DNA of 64,000 nucleotides from an uncultured delta proteobacterium (GCA_963737265.1 CAVTRY010000018.1:1-64000); one strand, 5' to 3'. Positions 33,470 to 45,026 are shown, counted from the first letter of the stretch. The notes: a model not told the origin generated them from the sequence alone. Numbers and translations: made by a program.

Positions 33470-34093
33470 GACATCCTGGGCCTGCTGTTCCTCAAGCGGC
33501 TGTCGGATCGCTTCGAGGAGGAATGCGAGGCGCTCCAGGGCAACCGGAACGCCAACCCGGAAGATCCCGACGAGCACGACTTCTTCGTGCCCAAGAAGGC
33601 TCGCTGGGCCGAGCTGCAAAAGACGGCGACCAACATCGGCGAGGCTTTGAACAAGGCGTGCTCGGCCCTGGAAGACGCCAACCCGAAGACCCTGGAAGGG
33701 GTGCTGGCGGGCATCGACTACAACGACGAGCGACGGCTTGGCGACAATCGCAACCGCGACAACGTCCTTTCCCGCCTGGTGCAGCACTTCTCGCGCGTGA
33801 ACCTGCGCAACGCGAACCTGTCCGAGCACGACCTGCTGGGGCGCGCCTACGAGTATCTTATCGAGAAGTTCGCCGCCGACGCCGGCAAAAAGGGCGGGGA
33901 GTTCTACACGCCCAAGAAGGTCGTGGAGCTCATCGTCGCCATCTTGCAGCCCCAGGCGGGCATGCGCATCTGCGACCCCACCGCGGGCTCGGTCGGCATG
34001 CTCATCGCGTGCGCCCACTACATCGAGGACCACGGCGGCAACCCGAAGCTGCACAACCTCCCCGGCGCGCGCATCGAGAAGGGCGACACCTTG
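33470..34093 (+). pseudogene. hsdM: Type I R-M methyltransferase fragment
   Basis: LLFLKRLSD, DLLGRAYEYLI, KKGGEFYTP, ICDPTAGS, GDTL. N-terminus and NPPF motif absent. Confidence 0.85.
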
Positions 34094-34199
34094 TGGCGAA
34101 CATTCAAGACCTGATCCGCCGAGTAGACATCGTGGGCGGGATCCTGGGACCGGTCGCCGCATTCAAGATGGCCCCGCGGTATGCAAGCACAAGCAGCAG

Positions 34200-35798
34200 C
34201 GGCATCGAGCAGCTCTTGCGTTACCAGGAGATCGGCGAGCACTACCGCGAGCTGGGCATACCCCGGCTTTTCGAGACGGTGCAGGTCTTGGTGGCCACGT
34301 GCGGGCAGGCGGCCAGCTTTGGCGCGGTGACCACGCCGCTGCGGTTCTTCGCCGAGTGGAAGAGCGCCTATCCAAGGAGCGAACGCGATGTGGAGAGACT
34401 GGTCAAGCGACCGCCCACGCCCCAGGACACGCAGCTCGCGGGCCTGCTTGCCCCTGAGGTACTGCTCGAACGTGTTCCGCAACTTCACCGTCTTCGAGCG
34501 CGACAACAAGACTGGGAAGACCATCCGAAAGATCCCGCGCTACCAACAGTACGGTGCCGTCTCGAAGGCCATCGCGCGTGCGGGAAATGCCAAACGCCCG
34601 ACAGGCCGGGGCGGCATCGTTTGGCATACCCAGGGCTCGGGCAAGAGCCTAACCATGCTTTGGCTGGCCATCAAGCTACGGCGGGACGAGGCGCACGAGA
34701 ACCCCACGCTGGTGCTGGTCACGGATCGCGTGGATCTCGACGAACAGATCGCCAAGACCTTCCAGGCCTGCGGCTTTCCCAACCCCCGGCGGGCCGAGTC
34801 GGTGCGCGAGTTGCGCGACCTTTTGCGCGGGCACCAACGACGACGAAGCCGACCTGGTCAAACACCACACCGACAAGGAGCAGCGCAAACGGCTGGTCGA
34901 GCGGTTCCTCAAGGCGACCGATCCGCTCTCCAGCCTGATTGTCTGCTGCGCGTGAAGGACAGAGACGACCTCAATGGCTGCGTAAACGTGCTTCTGCCCG
35001 AGGACGTGCGCGCCGAGTTCGCCGAGGCGTTCCGCCAATTCGCGCAGAGTCTGGACATGATCCTCCCCGATCCAAAGGGGCTGCCCTATGTCCGGGACTT
35101 CCGCTGGCTGGGCAAGATTCGCAAGGCGGCCTCGGCCAGGTTCCAGGATCCAAGCCTCGACATCTCGGATTGCGCGCCCAAGGTGCGGAAGCTCATCGAG
35201 GACGCGATCGTGGCCGAGGGCATCCAAATCCTGGTGCAGAGGGTGAGCCTGTTCACGCCCGAGTTCGACGAGAAGCTGAAGGCGCTCAAGAGCGACGATG
35301 CGAAGGCGTCGGAAATGGAGCACGCGATCAAGAACGAGATCCACGTCAAGCTCAACGAGGATCCGGCGTACTACCTGTCACTTCGCCAACGCCTGGAAGA
35401 GATCATCGAGTCGCGCAAGGCCCGGCGAATCGACTCGGCCAAGCAGCTCGAACTCTTGCAAGCCATCGTCAAAGACCTGAAGGGACCAACCGAGCAAGCC
35501 GGAAAGCTCGGGCTTTCTTCGACGGGGTTCGCCCTGTACGGCCTGCTTCACGAGGGCAAGGCGTCGCTGGCGTCCGTTGGGGCTGCGCCGAGCTACGGTG
35601 ACAAGCCGGACGAATCGAAGGTGGCGCTTGCGACAATCTTGGAAGAGGCGGTGGCCCCCCACGTCGGCATTGTGGATTGGGTGAGCCGCGAGGACGTGCA
35701 GAAGGATATGCGGCGCCTGGTGAAGCGGCAGCTCCGCGCTGCCCACACGCCCGAGGACAAGCTCAACGGCTTGGCCGAGCAGTTGGTGGACCTTTTGA
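34200..35798 (+). pseudogene. hsdR: Type I R-M restriction subunit remnants with internal deletions and frameshifts
   Basis: EQLLRYQ, RYQQY, WHTQGSGKS, VTDRVDLDEQ, C-terminal VDW...MRR. No DEAH box visible. Confidence 0.85.
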
Positions 35799-36172
35799 GA
35801 CCGCGCACTTGGGAAGACGAAGCGGCCGGTTTCCGTCACCGGCTGCAAGTCGCGAAGAATGGCCACCGCCTGCGTGGACAGGGGAACGATGTGTGGCGTC
35901 TTGGTCTTGCTGGTGGTGAAGCGCCATTCCGCCGTATCTAGGTCGATGCTGGCCCACTCGGCCGAGCGCAGCTCACCAGGACGCACGAAAACCAGCGGCG
36001 CCAGTCGGACCGCGGCCATGACAACCGGCGTACCTTTGTAGCCGTCGAGGATGCGCAGGAGTTCGGCAACCCGCGCGGGTTCGGTGACGGCGGCGAAGTG
36101 ACTCCCGGTCACGGGCGCCAGCGCGCCACGCAGGTTAGCAGAAGGATCGCGCTCGGCGCGGCCGGTGGCTGG
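35799..36172 (-). pseudogene. Internal fragment of a P4-like tyrosine integrase
   Basis: ATGRAERDPSANLRGAL, FVRPGELRSAEW, HIVPLS, FVFPSARS. Both ends missing. Confidence 0.85.
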
Positions 36173-36184
36173 AAGATATAACTG

Positions 36185-36256
36185 TAGGCGGGACAGGGAT
36201 TGAACCTGCGACCCGGCGCGTGTAAGGCGCCTGCTCTGCCGCTGAGCTACCCGCCT
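36185..36256 (-). tRNA. tRNA-Val(TAC), CCA not encoded
   Basis: AGGCGGG/CCCGCCT acceptor stem, TAGCTCAG D-arm, GGCGC-CT-TAC-AC-GCGCC anticodon arm, GGTTCAATCC T-loop. Confidence 0.95.
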
Positions 36257-36286
36257 GCGGGGGCGGTAAGTGTACACAAGCGCGGG

Positions 36287-37153
36287 CTAGAAGGTAAGTC
36301 CAAGACCGCCGCCGCCGGGGAAGAAAAACAGCGAGACTGGCGCCTTGCTTTCATCGATGGGCCTGCTGTATCCAACCAGACCGTCGATGACGCCGTAGAC
36401 ATAGGTTGCCGTGAAAACGCCCACGGCAATCCAGTTCGTCGTCTTCAGTCCCATCGCGACGTCGTAACCGTGGCGATACAAATCGCCGTGCTGATGCCAG
36501 GACCGCAGCAGCAGCAACGACGTGGAGGAGGTGGCGAGCGAGACGACGCCCACGCTGAGGATCCCCCAGCCTTTGACGTTGTCGTCGTTCTTGAATTGTC
36601 CGACCGGAGGCAAGAAATTCCAGTAGGGATGCCGATCGGAGCGCTGGCGCACCAGATGTTGGTGGCGCAGGCTTTCGAAGAACTCGACCAGCTCGGGTCG
36701 AGTGGTGGTTGGGTCGAGTCGCGCTTTGGGATCCTTGCGCAGAAGCTCGGTGAAGGCCGTTTCTGCTCCCAGCGGACGGTTGGTCAGGTATAGGCCGATG
36801 CCCAGCAGGCGGAAGGCCTGTGTCTGTTCTTCGGGAGAAGCAGGCAGAAGGCCCTCGGCCACGGGACGGGCTGCTTCGACGACCTGGTTCATGTCGCCAT
36901 ATTCGTAAGCGGCAACTGCCCGAACCAGGGCAGCGGAAGCGTCCTTGGGCAGGCTATTCGGCGTTTGCGTCGACGGAGCCTTTTGCGCTGCTGGCTCGCC
37001 GTCGTCGGTGTCGAGCGAAATCTCGGGATGCAAGGAATTTCCGGTTGCCGGTGTTCCCCTGGGCGCCGGGGTTTCCTTGGCCAGCAGTGGGGCCGGGTAG
37101 GCGAGGCACACCAGGGCAGCTAGGACCACGGCCGTATGGGATGCTCCTCTCAT
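36287..37153 (-). CDS. Secreted TPR-like hypothetical protein
   Basis: Signal peptide, helical repeat (AVAAYEYGD, AETAFTELL), hydrophobic segments, C-terminal GLGLTF. Confidence 0.7.
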   Translation of the reverse strand: MRGASHTAVVLAALVCLAYPAPLLAKETPAPRGTPATGNSLHPEISLDTDDGEPAAQKAPSTQTPNSLPKDASAALVRAVAAYEYGDMNQVVEAARPVAEGLLPASPEEQTQAFRLLGIGLYLTNRPLGAETAFTELLRKDPKARLDPTTTRPELVEFFESLRHQHLVRQRSDRHPYWNFLPPVGQFKNDDNVKGWGILSVGVVSLATSSTSLLLLRSWHQHGDLYRHGYDVAMGLKTTNWIAVGVFTATYVYGVIDGLVGYSRPIDESKAPVSLFFFPGGGGLGLTF

Positions 37154-37218
37154 CGATCTGCACGGCAATTGGCGCAGACCTTGCGCCTCTAGTCAATCGC
37201 TGGATTGTCGATTCGCAT

Positions 37219-38955
37219 TCATTTCGGGCGCGCGACGGCGAGCCGGCCGTCTTGTTCCGTCACCGTTCGTTCGATTCTCCCGCCCGGGGGCAGCTCGACC
37301 TCGCCGACAAATTCCCTCGGGCTCTGCTTGCCGCGGGAGCAATAGACCTTGTGCTTGCCTGGCGGGATGTCGTGGAAGACCGGCATCAGATCGCGCGCAG
37401 GATGCTCGTCGAGGCTTGGATAGCAGAAGCCACCCTTGGCGAAGAGCGCAATGGTTCCCGCGCGCGGCTGCGGCTTTTCTTGGGCTGGCGTGGGCTCTGG
37501 CTCGGGGACCGGCGCCTCCGGTGGCGGAAGGGCGCGCGTGGCACTCGCGGTCCGCGTAATTGCGGAGCCCGGCCCCGCTTCGCGTCGCTGGCGCCATCCA
37601 CGAATTTTTTCCACGGCCGGAACGACCGGTGTCGAGGCTAGGCTGGATCGGGCGGGTTGTGCGGCGACGGGTGGCGGCGTGGGCACTGCCGGCGATGTGA
37701 CAGGTGTCGGGGGCGGCTTGCGCGCAAGCCGCGGCTTGGCGAGCCACACGATTCCGAGCGCGACCAGTAGCCCCACCAGGACCACAGCCAACTTGATGAT
37801 CAGTCGACCTGCGGAAAGCCGCTTGAGTAGTCTCTCGGCGCCGGCGTGATTGGGGACGTAGGCCGTGGCGTGGCCGATCTCTGTCAGGGCTCGGGCAAGC
37901 TGGCCGTGTCGCACGTGCTGTCGTGCGCGAGCGAGCGCGGCATCGGCGACGCGAGGACGAAGCTCGGCAAGAGCGGCCTCGGGATCGGCGAGAAATCGCC
38001 GCAAAGCTTGCGGTTCGGGCGCCAGTCCGGCGGCGCTGGTGAAGGCGCGCAAGTCGGAGGCCAGGACCGTTGCGCCGGGGTAGCGGTCCGCAGGGTCGGC
38101 CTTTAAGCAGCGCATGATCAGCGGCTCGAAATCCGGCCCTACTGTCGCGACCACTTGCGACGGTCGGCGGAAAGTCCCGCGCAGGATCGCGGCAATCATG
38201 GTGAAGGGATCCTTGCCGGCAAAGGGCGGAATGCCGGTGACCATCTCGTACAACATGGCGCCCAGCGACCAGATGTCGGATGCCGGCGAGACGTCGTGGC
38301 CGCGCGACTGTTCGGGCGACATATAGGCGGGCGAACCCACCAGCGCGCCGGTGGCGGTCATGGTTTCCATGCCGGTGATGTGGGCCACGCCAAAATCCGT
38401 CAGCACCACGCGGCTGCTATCGCCGCTTGATTCGATCATCACGTTGTCCGGTTTCACGTCCCGGTGAACCACGCCGCGCTCGTGCGCCACCGCCAACGCC
38501 TCGGCCAACGGCAGGGCAATCATGGCGGCGCTCTCGGGCAAAAGGCGACCGCAGTGGTCTTCAAGAACCTTGCGCAGGGTGGGGCCTTGGATCAGCTCGG
38601 CGACGATGTAGCTCGGCTCGTCGTCGGTGGCGCTGACGAAGTCGTAGATCTCGAGGATCCCGGGATGTTTGAGCGCGGCCACGGCATGGGCTTCGCGCCG
38701 GAAGCGCTCGCCCGCTCCTCCGCGCGCCGCATGGGCCATGGTCATCACTTTGAGCGCGACGTCGCGCCCAAGCTGGGTGTCACGCGCGCGGAAAACCGTC
38801 GCCATGGCACCGTGTCCAAGGGTCGAGATTATCTGGTAGCGGCTGGGGGTAGCGCCAACTTTGGCCAAGACCGGAGCGGTCGCAAACGCACGGTCAGGCG
38901 ACAGCGATCCAGCATCCAAATTCCCTTCGCCCGGGCCCTTGGATGCCGCGGTCAT
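37219..38955 (-). CDS. Membrane-anchored Ser/Thr protein kinase
   Basis: LGHGAMATV, VALK, HRDVKPDN, DFG, GSPAYMSPE, DIWSLG. TM segment and Pro-rich linker. Confidence 0.95.
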   Translation of the reverse strand: MTAASKGPGEGNLDAGSLSPDRAFATAPVLAKVGATPSRYQIISTLGHGAMATVFRARDTQLGRDVALKVMTMAHAARGGAGERFRREAHAVAALKHPGILEIYDFVSATDDEPSYIVAELIQGPTLRKVLEDHCGRLLPESAAMIALPLAEALAVAHERGVVHRDVKPDNVMIESSGDSSRVVLTDFGVAHITGMETMTATGALVGSPAYMSPEQSRGHDVSPASDIWSLGAMLYEMVTGIPPFAGKDPFTMIAAILRGTFRRPSQVVATVGPDFEPLIMRCLKADPADRYPGATVLASDLRAFTSAAGLAPEPQALRRFLADPEAALAELRPRVADAALARARQHVRHGQLARALTEIGHATAYVPNHAGAERLLKRLSAGRLIIKLAVVLVGLLVALGIVWLAKPRLARKPPPTPVTSPAVPTPPPVAAQPARSSLASTPVVPAVEKIRGWRQRREAGPGSAITRTASATRALPPPEAPVPEPEPTPAQEKPQPRAGTIALFAKGGFCYPSLDEHPARDLMPVFHDIPPGKHKVYCSRGKQSPREFVGEVELPPGGRIERTVTEQDGRLAVARPK

Positions 38956-39500
38956 GGCGACTTAACCCCCGGTCCGCCAGGCTTGCCCAGCGCGGCCTGG
39001 GCCTCGCCGAGTTTTTGGTTGATGATGGCCGTGTTGGGCTCGAAAGACCGCGCGAAGTTGAAATTCATCGTCGCGCCTTTGAAATCCTTACGGCCGAGGG
39101 AAATCATGCCCAACCGAAAGAACTTCTTGGCTTCCTCGTGCTTGATGGTGTCTTCGGGATTTTGCGGCGCGCGCGATTCTCTGTCCGTGCTGGTCAGTCT
39201 CATTTTTCCGTCGGCCAGGGCGCGTGCGTAGGCCACGCGTTTTTCGGGCGTCGTCAGGATGCGATAGCCCTCGCAAATGCGGGCGTAAATGGTCTCCAGG
39301 CGCTCCTTCAAATCGCGGTTGTCGAGCGCGTGGTAGCGGTCCGGATGCAGGTCATTCGATACGCGGTAGAACGCCGCGCGAATCTCCGACTGCGACGTCC
39401 CGGGCGAAACGGCAAGCAAGTCATAGTAGGAAAGGCGATCGAGCTTTCTGAACGTCTGCTCGACGAAGGCTGCAAGTTGATCGGGTGTTAGAGCGGGCAT
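38952..39500 (-). CDS. J-domain protein with C-terminal TPR-like helix
   Basis: SYYDLLAV, EIRAAF, LHPDRY. ATGA overlap with the kinase gene. Confidence 0.85.
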   Translation of the reverse strand: MPALTPDQLAAFVEQTFRKLDRLSYYDLLAVSPGTSQSEIRAAFYRVSNDLHPDRYHALDNRDLKERLETIYARICEGYRILTTPEKRVAYARALADGKMRLTSTDRESRAPQNPEDTIKHEEAKKFFRLGMISLGRKDFKGATMNFNFARSFEPNTAIINQKLGEAQAALGKPGGPGVKSP

Positions 39501-39510
39501 GGACGGCTAC

Positions 39511-41121
39511 CTATTCCAATACCTCGGGATCGAGGATCTCCGGCAACCCAGAACCTTCCTCGGATTTATGGCGTTCCAGTGCTTCTGCCACTTCCACGTC
39601 GGTCATGCCACCGCGGACGTTGACGGCGGCCTCGCGAGCGACTCCGGTTGTGGCGTCGCGCGCACGCACGCGCAGGATGCCGTCGGTGTCCACGCGGAAG
39701 GTGACCTCGATGGCGACTTCGCCTCGTCGGGCGGGCGGAATTCCGCTCAGCTCTAGCTCGCCGAGCGGGACGTTTCCGTCGAAGCGGCGCGATTCGCCCT
39801 GGCACACCTGGATGCGCACTGAGCTTTGCTGATCGGCCGAGGTGGTGAAGATGCGCGTTTGCTCGACCGGAACAGGGACGTTGCGGTCGACAATGCGCTC
39901 GGCGAAGCCGCCGGTGACGGCGATGCCGAGCGCCCGAGGCGTGACGTCGAGAAGCACGGCGCGACTGGCCAGGTTGTCGCCGGCGTGGGCAAGGTTTTCG
40001 GCTTGAATCGCGGCGCCCCAGGCCACGACTTCGTCGGGGTTCAGATCGGTGCGCGGCGGGCGACCGAAGTGGCGCTCGACTTCGGCGCGTACCATGGGCA
40101 CCCGCGTTGTGCCGCCGACCAAGATGACCTCGTCGATTTGCGAGGCCGCGAGTCCAACCGATGCTAGGACTTCTTGGCTGGTCTGGATGGTGCGCATGAC
40201 CAGGCCACGGACGGCGGTCTCGAATACGTTGCGGGCGATGTGAAAGCGCAAGGCGAGCTGCTCGCCCCGGCTTCCGACGGCGATGTTCTTGAGCTCGCCG
40301 CGCGCCTCGGTGAAGTCGGACAGATGGCGTTTCACCTGCTCGGCGGCGATGAGCAGGCGCGCACAGGCGGCCTGGTCGGTGCGCGGGTCGAGACCGTGCT
40401 CGGCGCGAAACAGCTCGGCCAGGATGTTGAGCAAGGCGGTGTCCATGTCGTCGCCGCCGAGGAAGGTGTCGCCGCCGGTCGCCAGCACTTCGAAGACGTC
40501 GCCTTCGACTTGCAAGACGGTGATGTCGAAGGTGCCGCCGCCGAAGTCGTAAACCGCGATCCGTTGCGACATGTTCTGGCCGAGGCCGTAGGCCAGCGCG
40601 GCGGCGGTCGGTTCGTTGAGCACGCGCAAAACGTCGAGACCGGCGATGCGGCCGGCATCGATGGTGGCTCGGCGTTGGGCATCGTTGAAATTCGCCGGCA
40701 CCGTGATCACGGCGCCGGTCACAGTATCGCTGAGGAAGAGCTCGGCGCACTGGCGCAGGTAGCCGAGCAGAAGTCCGGAAACTTCGGGAATTGTGTAGGT
40801 TCGATCGGGCCCGACAAACACGGCCTGTTCGTTGTTGCCCTCGCGCAGCTCATAGGGCAGGCGTGTGATGGCCTTCTGAACTTCGTCGGAGCGAAACGGG
40901 AGGCCCATCAGGCGCTTGCCGGAATAGACGGTGTTCTTGGGATCGACGATCCGGCGCGCCACCGCCTCGCGCGAGAAGTATTTCAGGCCGTCCGACGAGA
41001 ACGAAACCACCGAAGGATGCAAGTAGCCGCCGTGGGTGGCCGGAACGACCACCACCTGGGCGTCGCGCACGGTCGCAATCACGGAGTTCGTCGTGCCGAG
41101 GTCGATTCCAACTACTGACAT
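39511..41121 (-). CDS. Hsp70 family protein (DnaK paralog, short C-terminus)
   Basis: GIDLGTTNS, TVPANF, NEPTAAALAYG, DFGGGTFD, VGGTTRVP. 536 aa. Confidence 0.93.
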   Translation of the reverse strand: MSVVGIDLGTTNSVIATVRDAQVVVVPATHGGYLHPSVVSFSSDGLKYFSREAVARRIVDPKNTVYSGKRLMGLPFRSDEVQKAITRLPYELREGNNEQAVFVGPDRTYTIPEVSGLLLGYLRQCAELFLSDTVTGAVITVPANFNDAQRRATIDAGRIAGLDVLRVLNEPTAAALAYGLGQNMSQRIAVYDFGGGTFDITVLQVEGDVFEVLATGGDTFLGGDDMDTALLNILAELFRAEHGLDPRTDQAACARLLIAAEQVKRHLSDFTEARGELKNIAVGSRGEQLALRFHIARNVFETAVRGLVMRTIQTSQEVLASVGLAASQIDEVILVGGTTRVPMVRAEVERHFGRPPRTDLNPDEVVAWGAAIQAENLAHAGDNLASRAVLLDVTPRALGIAVTGGFAERIVDRNVPVPVEQTRIFTTSADQQSSVRIQVCQGESRRFDGNVPLGELELSGIPPARRGEVAIEVTFRVDTDGILRVRARDATTGVAREAAVNVRGGMTDVEVAEALERHKSEEGSGLPEILDPEVLE

Positions 41122-41205
41122 GGTCTGTTTGCTGCCGTGGGGGCGAATTTGGCCTCGTGCGATGATACCTCATCGCCACCCGAGAGCGAGAAAGGGAAGT
41201 GCGAG

Positions 41206-42810
41206 CTAGTGCGGGCCGTGTGGGTGTTCGGGGTCGTAGCGGCCGTTGCCATTCACGTCGAAAAAGATGGGGTTGGTCAGGGCCAGCGGGTACACGCCGA
41301 AGATCCGGTTGTCGCCCACGACCGGCGCCATGATCTTGTTACCGTCGACGCGAATCACGGCGTAGCCGTCGGCTGCCAGGGCGATCTCCTCGGTCACGCG
41401 AAAGCGTTTGACGTCTTGGCTTTCCGGAACCGGCCAGCGCTTGGCCTCCTTGCCCGACACGTACAGGATTACGCGATTCACCGAGATCCACGGCGCGGCA
41501 TCCACTTCGATGTCCAAGACGGCCTTGCCGCCGAGGGCGGGCACGAGATCGCCGATGTCGCCCCGGCCGGACCTCACGCGCACGAAGGGGCCGGTGGTGA
41601 AAAAGGCGTGGTGGTTCTTGACGGCGGTGGCGACTTCTTGGGGCGTGACGTGATCCGGCCGATCGTCGCGCACGCGCACGTAATTGCGCGGGTAGCCGCC
41701 CATGTTGTACGTCAGATGATGAGTGTCTGAATTGCCCGTGGCCGTGGCCAGGTGGCCGTGGTTGAGCAGGCCGAGCCAGTCGTCGATGGTGCGGTCCACG
41801 CTCTTGCGCGCCGGATCCTGGTAGCCGTTGAGGACCTCGATGGCGTCGAAGTCGAAGGAAAATCCGGGGCGGCCGGCTCGATCCGAGTGTGGGTCGAATT
41901 CGCCGACGATAAAGTAGCCCACCTCGGAGTCGAGGCGCGGGTGATGCACGTCGATCAACGCCGCGGGCGCATTCTCCCGGACGTTGGCAAATATCTCTTT
42001 GGCGTTGTGGCCGCGAACCAAGATCGCGCCCTGTCCCGCGCGCGCTCGATCTTGCGGAAGGGGAAACGCGCCGAAATGGCCCCAGCCGTTGGTGGTGAGC
42101 TCGTCGCCGAGGGCGCTGGTGATAAGCGCTTCCAACCCAAGCTGGCGGATGGAGGGTGCGTAGCTGGTCACGGCGTTGTGGTCGGTGGACACGATCATGT
42201 CGATACCGTCGGCCACGAACTCGATGATCCGATGGGTGAGCGGCACGATCGAGTCCGGCGACGGCGCCGCGTGGACATGAAAGTCGGCGGACAGCCAACC
42301 GGTCGTGTCCACCACGTGGCGTAGCCGGGCGGTAAGCGTCGCGCCTTGCTGGCCAATTTGAACCTTGCGGTTCACCGACACGTCCCATTCCGGACCGCGG
42401 CTGACGTAGATGTCGTAGCTGCCGAAGGGAACGCGGATCGTCTCGCTGCCGACGGCGGAAAAAACGCGCTCGAATGCCGCGATAGCCAGCTCGCCCTCGG
42501 GGCGGCCGATGTCGTTGTGGGTGAAGGTCGGCTTGGGGGTGCCCTCGACGCCGACGAAGGTCAGCTTGCACGGGATCGGCTGTCCGCTATCCGCATCGCG
42601 AACGTCATAGGTCAGAAGGCCGCCGGCGTGGCAGTTCACCGGCGCGTGCTCTTGGTCGATGGCTGGTGCGGCTTCCTCTGGGTGCTTGCAACCTGGCACC
42701 GCGGCCTCGTCGGGATGAGGCCATGCCTGGGATACGAGGCCGAACGACGCGAGTGCGGCGCCGACCGCCGCCAGGAAAAGATGCGAGCGCCAAGAAGATG
42801 GAGGATGCAT
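41206..42810 (-). CDS. Secreted PHP-domain (CehA/McbA-like) metallohydrolase
   Basis: SRGPEW, ADFHVH, STDHN, GHFGAFP, HHPR, GNSDTH, TNPIF. Confidence 0.85.
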   Translation of the reverse strand: MHPPSSWRSHLFLAAVGAALASFGLVSQAWPHPDEAAVPGCKHPEEAAPAIDQEHAPVNCHAGGLLTYDVRDADSGQPIPCKLTFVGVEGTPKPTFTHNDIGRPEGELAIAAFERVFSAVGSETIRVPFGSYDIYVSRGPEWDVSVNRKVQIGQQGATLTARLRHVVDTTGWLSADFHVHAAPSPDSIVPLTHRIIEFVADGIDMIVSTDHNAVTSYAPSIRQLGLEALITSALGDELTTNGWGHFGAFPLPQDRARAGQGAILVRGHNAKEIFANVRENAPAALIDVHHPRLDSEVGYFIVGEFDPHSDRAGRPGFSFDFDAIEVLNGYQDPARKSVDRTIDDWLGLLNHGHLATATGNSDTHHLTYNMGGYPRNYVRVRDDRPDHVTPQEVATAVKNHHAFFTTGPFVRVRSGRGDIGDLVPALGGKAVLDIEVDAAPWISVNRVILYVSGKEAKRWPVPESQDVKRFRVTEEIALAADGYAVIRVDGNKIMAPVVGDNRIFGVYPLALTNPIFFDVNGNGRYDPEHPHGPH

Positions 42811-42850
42811 TGGCCGATGATAGGCCAAGACCGCGCGTCTGCGCCGCGAC

Positions 42851-44002
<1,152 letters not shown>

Positions 44003-44105
44003 GACGATGGGCTCCTTTCCGTTGGGGGATGGTACGAAACTAGCGCTTGGGCTTCGATTTGGCGAATTTATTGTGATCGTATTGTCTATTTACAGGTTTT
44101 ATAAT

Positions 44106-44120
44106 ATAAATATCGTTAAT
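44106..44120. promoter_or_regulatory. Putative LysR box (T-N11-A) in AT-rich divergent promoter
   Basis: ATAAATATCGTTAAT between the divergent leuA and LysR genes. Confidence 0.5.
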
Positions 44121-44141
44121 ACATTCTGACACGGGATTCCC

Positions 44142-45008
44142 ATCGACCTTTCTACCCTCGAAGTCTTTCGGATCGTCGCCGCTGAAAAAAGCTTTTCGCG
44201 GGCGGCCGTCAAATTGGCACGCACGCAGCCTGCCATCTCGCTCGCCGTGCAGCGGCTCGAACAGGACCTGGGCGAATCCCTCATCGACCGCAGCGGGCGC
44301 CAGGTTCGCCTCACCGATGCCGGCCAAGTCGTTCTCGATCACGCCCGGCGCTTCGAGAATTTGCGCTCCGAGCTCACGTCGGCGCTGGCCGAGCTGCGCG
44401 ACAACGCCACCGGGCGCTTGCTTATCGGGGCCAACGAATCGGCCATCCTCTACCTGCTTCCGCTCATCAGCCGCTACCGTCGCCAGTATCCGCGGGTGAA
44501 GGTACAGGTGCGGCGCAGCCAATCGAGCAAGATACCGACGGAAATTCTCGAGGGAGATCTGGAGCTCGGTGTGGTGAGCTACGATCCCAACGACGACCGC
44601 CTCACCTCGCGCATCATCTACACCGACCACCTGGCCTGTGTCGTCTCGCCCCAACATCGACTGGCGCGACGCCGGTCGGTTTCCATTGCCGACCTGGGCA
44701 TGGAAACCTTCATCGGTCACATCGTGGTGTCCCCGTATAAAGAGGTCGTGGTGCGCGAATTCGAACGGCTGAAGGTTCCCCTCAACCGCGATTTGGAAAT
44801 GCCGACGGTCGAAGCCATCCGCAAGATGGTCCAGCGTAACGAAGGTGTGTCGTTCCTGCCGCGCATGTGCGTCGAGGACGAGATCGCCCAAGGGACGTTA
44901 CGCGAGATTCATGTCAAGGGTCTGATGGCCGAGCGCAAGATTCGCCTCGTGCATCCGGCCGGCCGGACGCTGTCGCACGCCGCGCGCGCCTTTCTGGCGC
45001 TGCTTTGA
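44142..45008 (+). CDS. LysR family regulator with apparent non-ATG start (ATC)
   Basis: IDLSTLEVFRIVAAEKSFSRAA...TQPAIS HTH. In-frame TGA at 44127 and no ATG/GTG/TTG before the HTH. Confidence 0.85.
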   Translation: MDLSTLEVFRIVAAEKSFSRAAVKLARTQPAISLAVQRLEQDLGESLIDRSGRQVRLTDAGQVVLDHARRFENLRSELTSALAELRDNATGRLLIGANESAILYLLPLISRYRRQYPRVKVQVRRSQSSKIPTEILEGDLELGVVSYDPNDDRLTSRIIYTDHLACVVSPQHRLARRRSVSIADLGMETFIGHIVVSPYKEVVVREFERLKVPLNRDLEMPTVEAIRKMVQRNEGVSFLPRMCVEDEIAQGTLREIHVKGLMAERKIRLVHPAGRTLSHAARAFLALL

Positions 45009-45026
45009 TGTGCTCTCGTTTCTAGT

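Larger units (their letters stand above)
33434..36184. mobile_element. Decayed genomic island at tRNA-Val (integrase plus type I R-M remnants)
   Basis: Integrase fragment abuts the tRNA 3' end. hsdM/hsdR pieces lie between it and tolC. No att duplication found. Confidence 0.7.

Noticed and set aside
33434-33470. att duplication of the tRNA-Val 3' end at the island's far boundary
   Set aside because: No copy of TGTAGGCGGG or similar is visible there.
32968-34938. 656-aa ORF spanning tolC and the hsd region
   Set aside because: Mostly off-frame. Only short hsdR-like stretches are real.
35378-36277. 299-aa full-length integrase
   Set aside because: The ORF reads through the tRNA and antisense hsdR. 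Only about 125 aa are integrase-like and the C-terminal catalytic motifs are missing.
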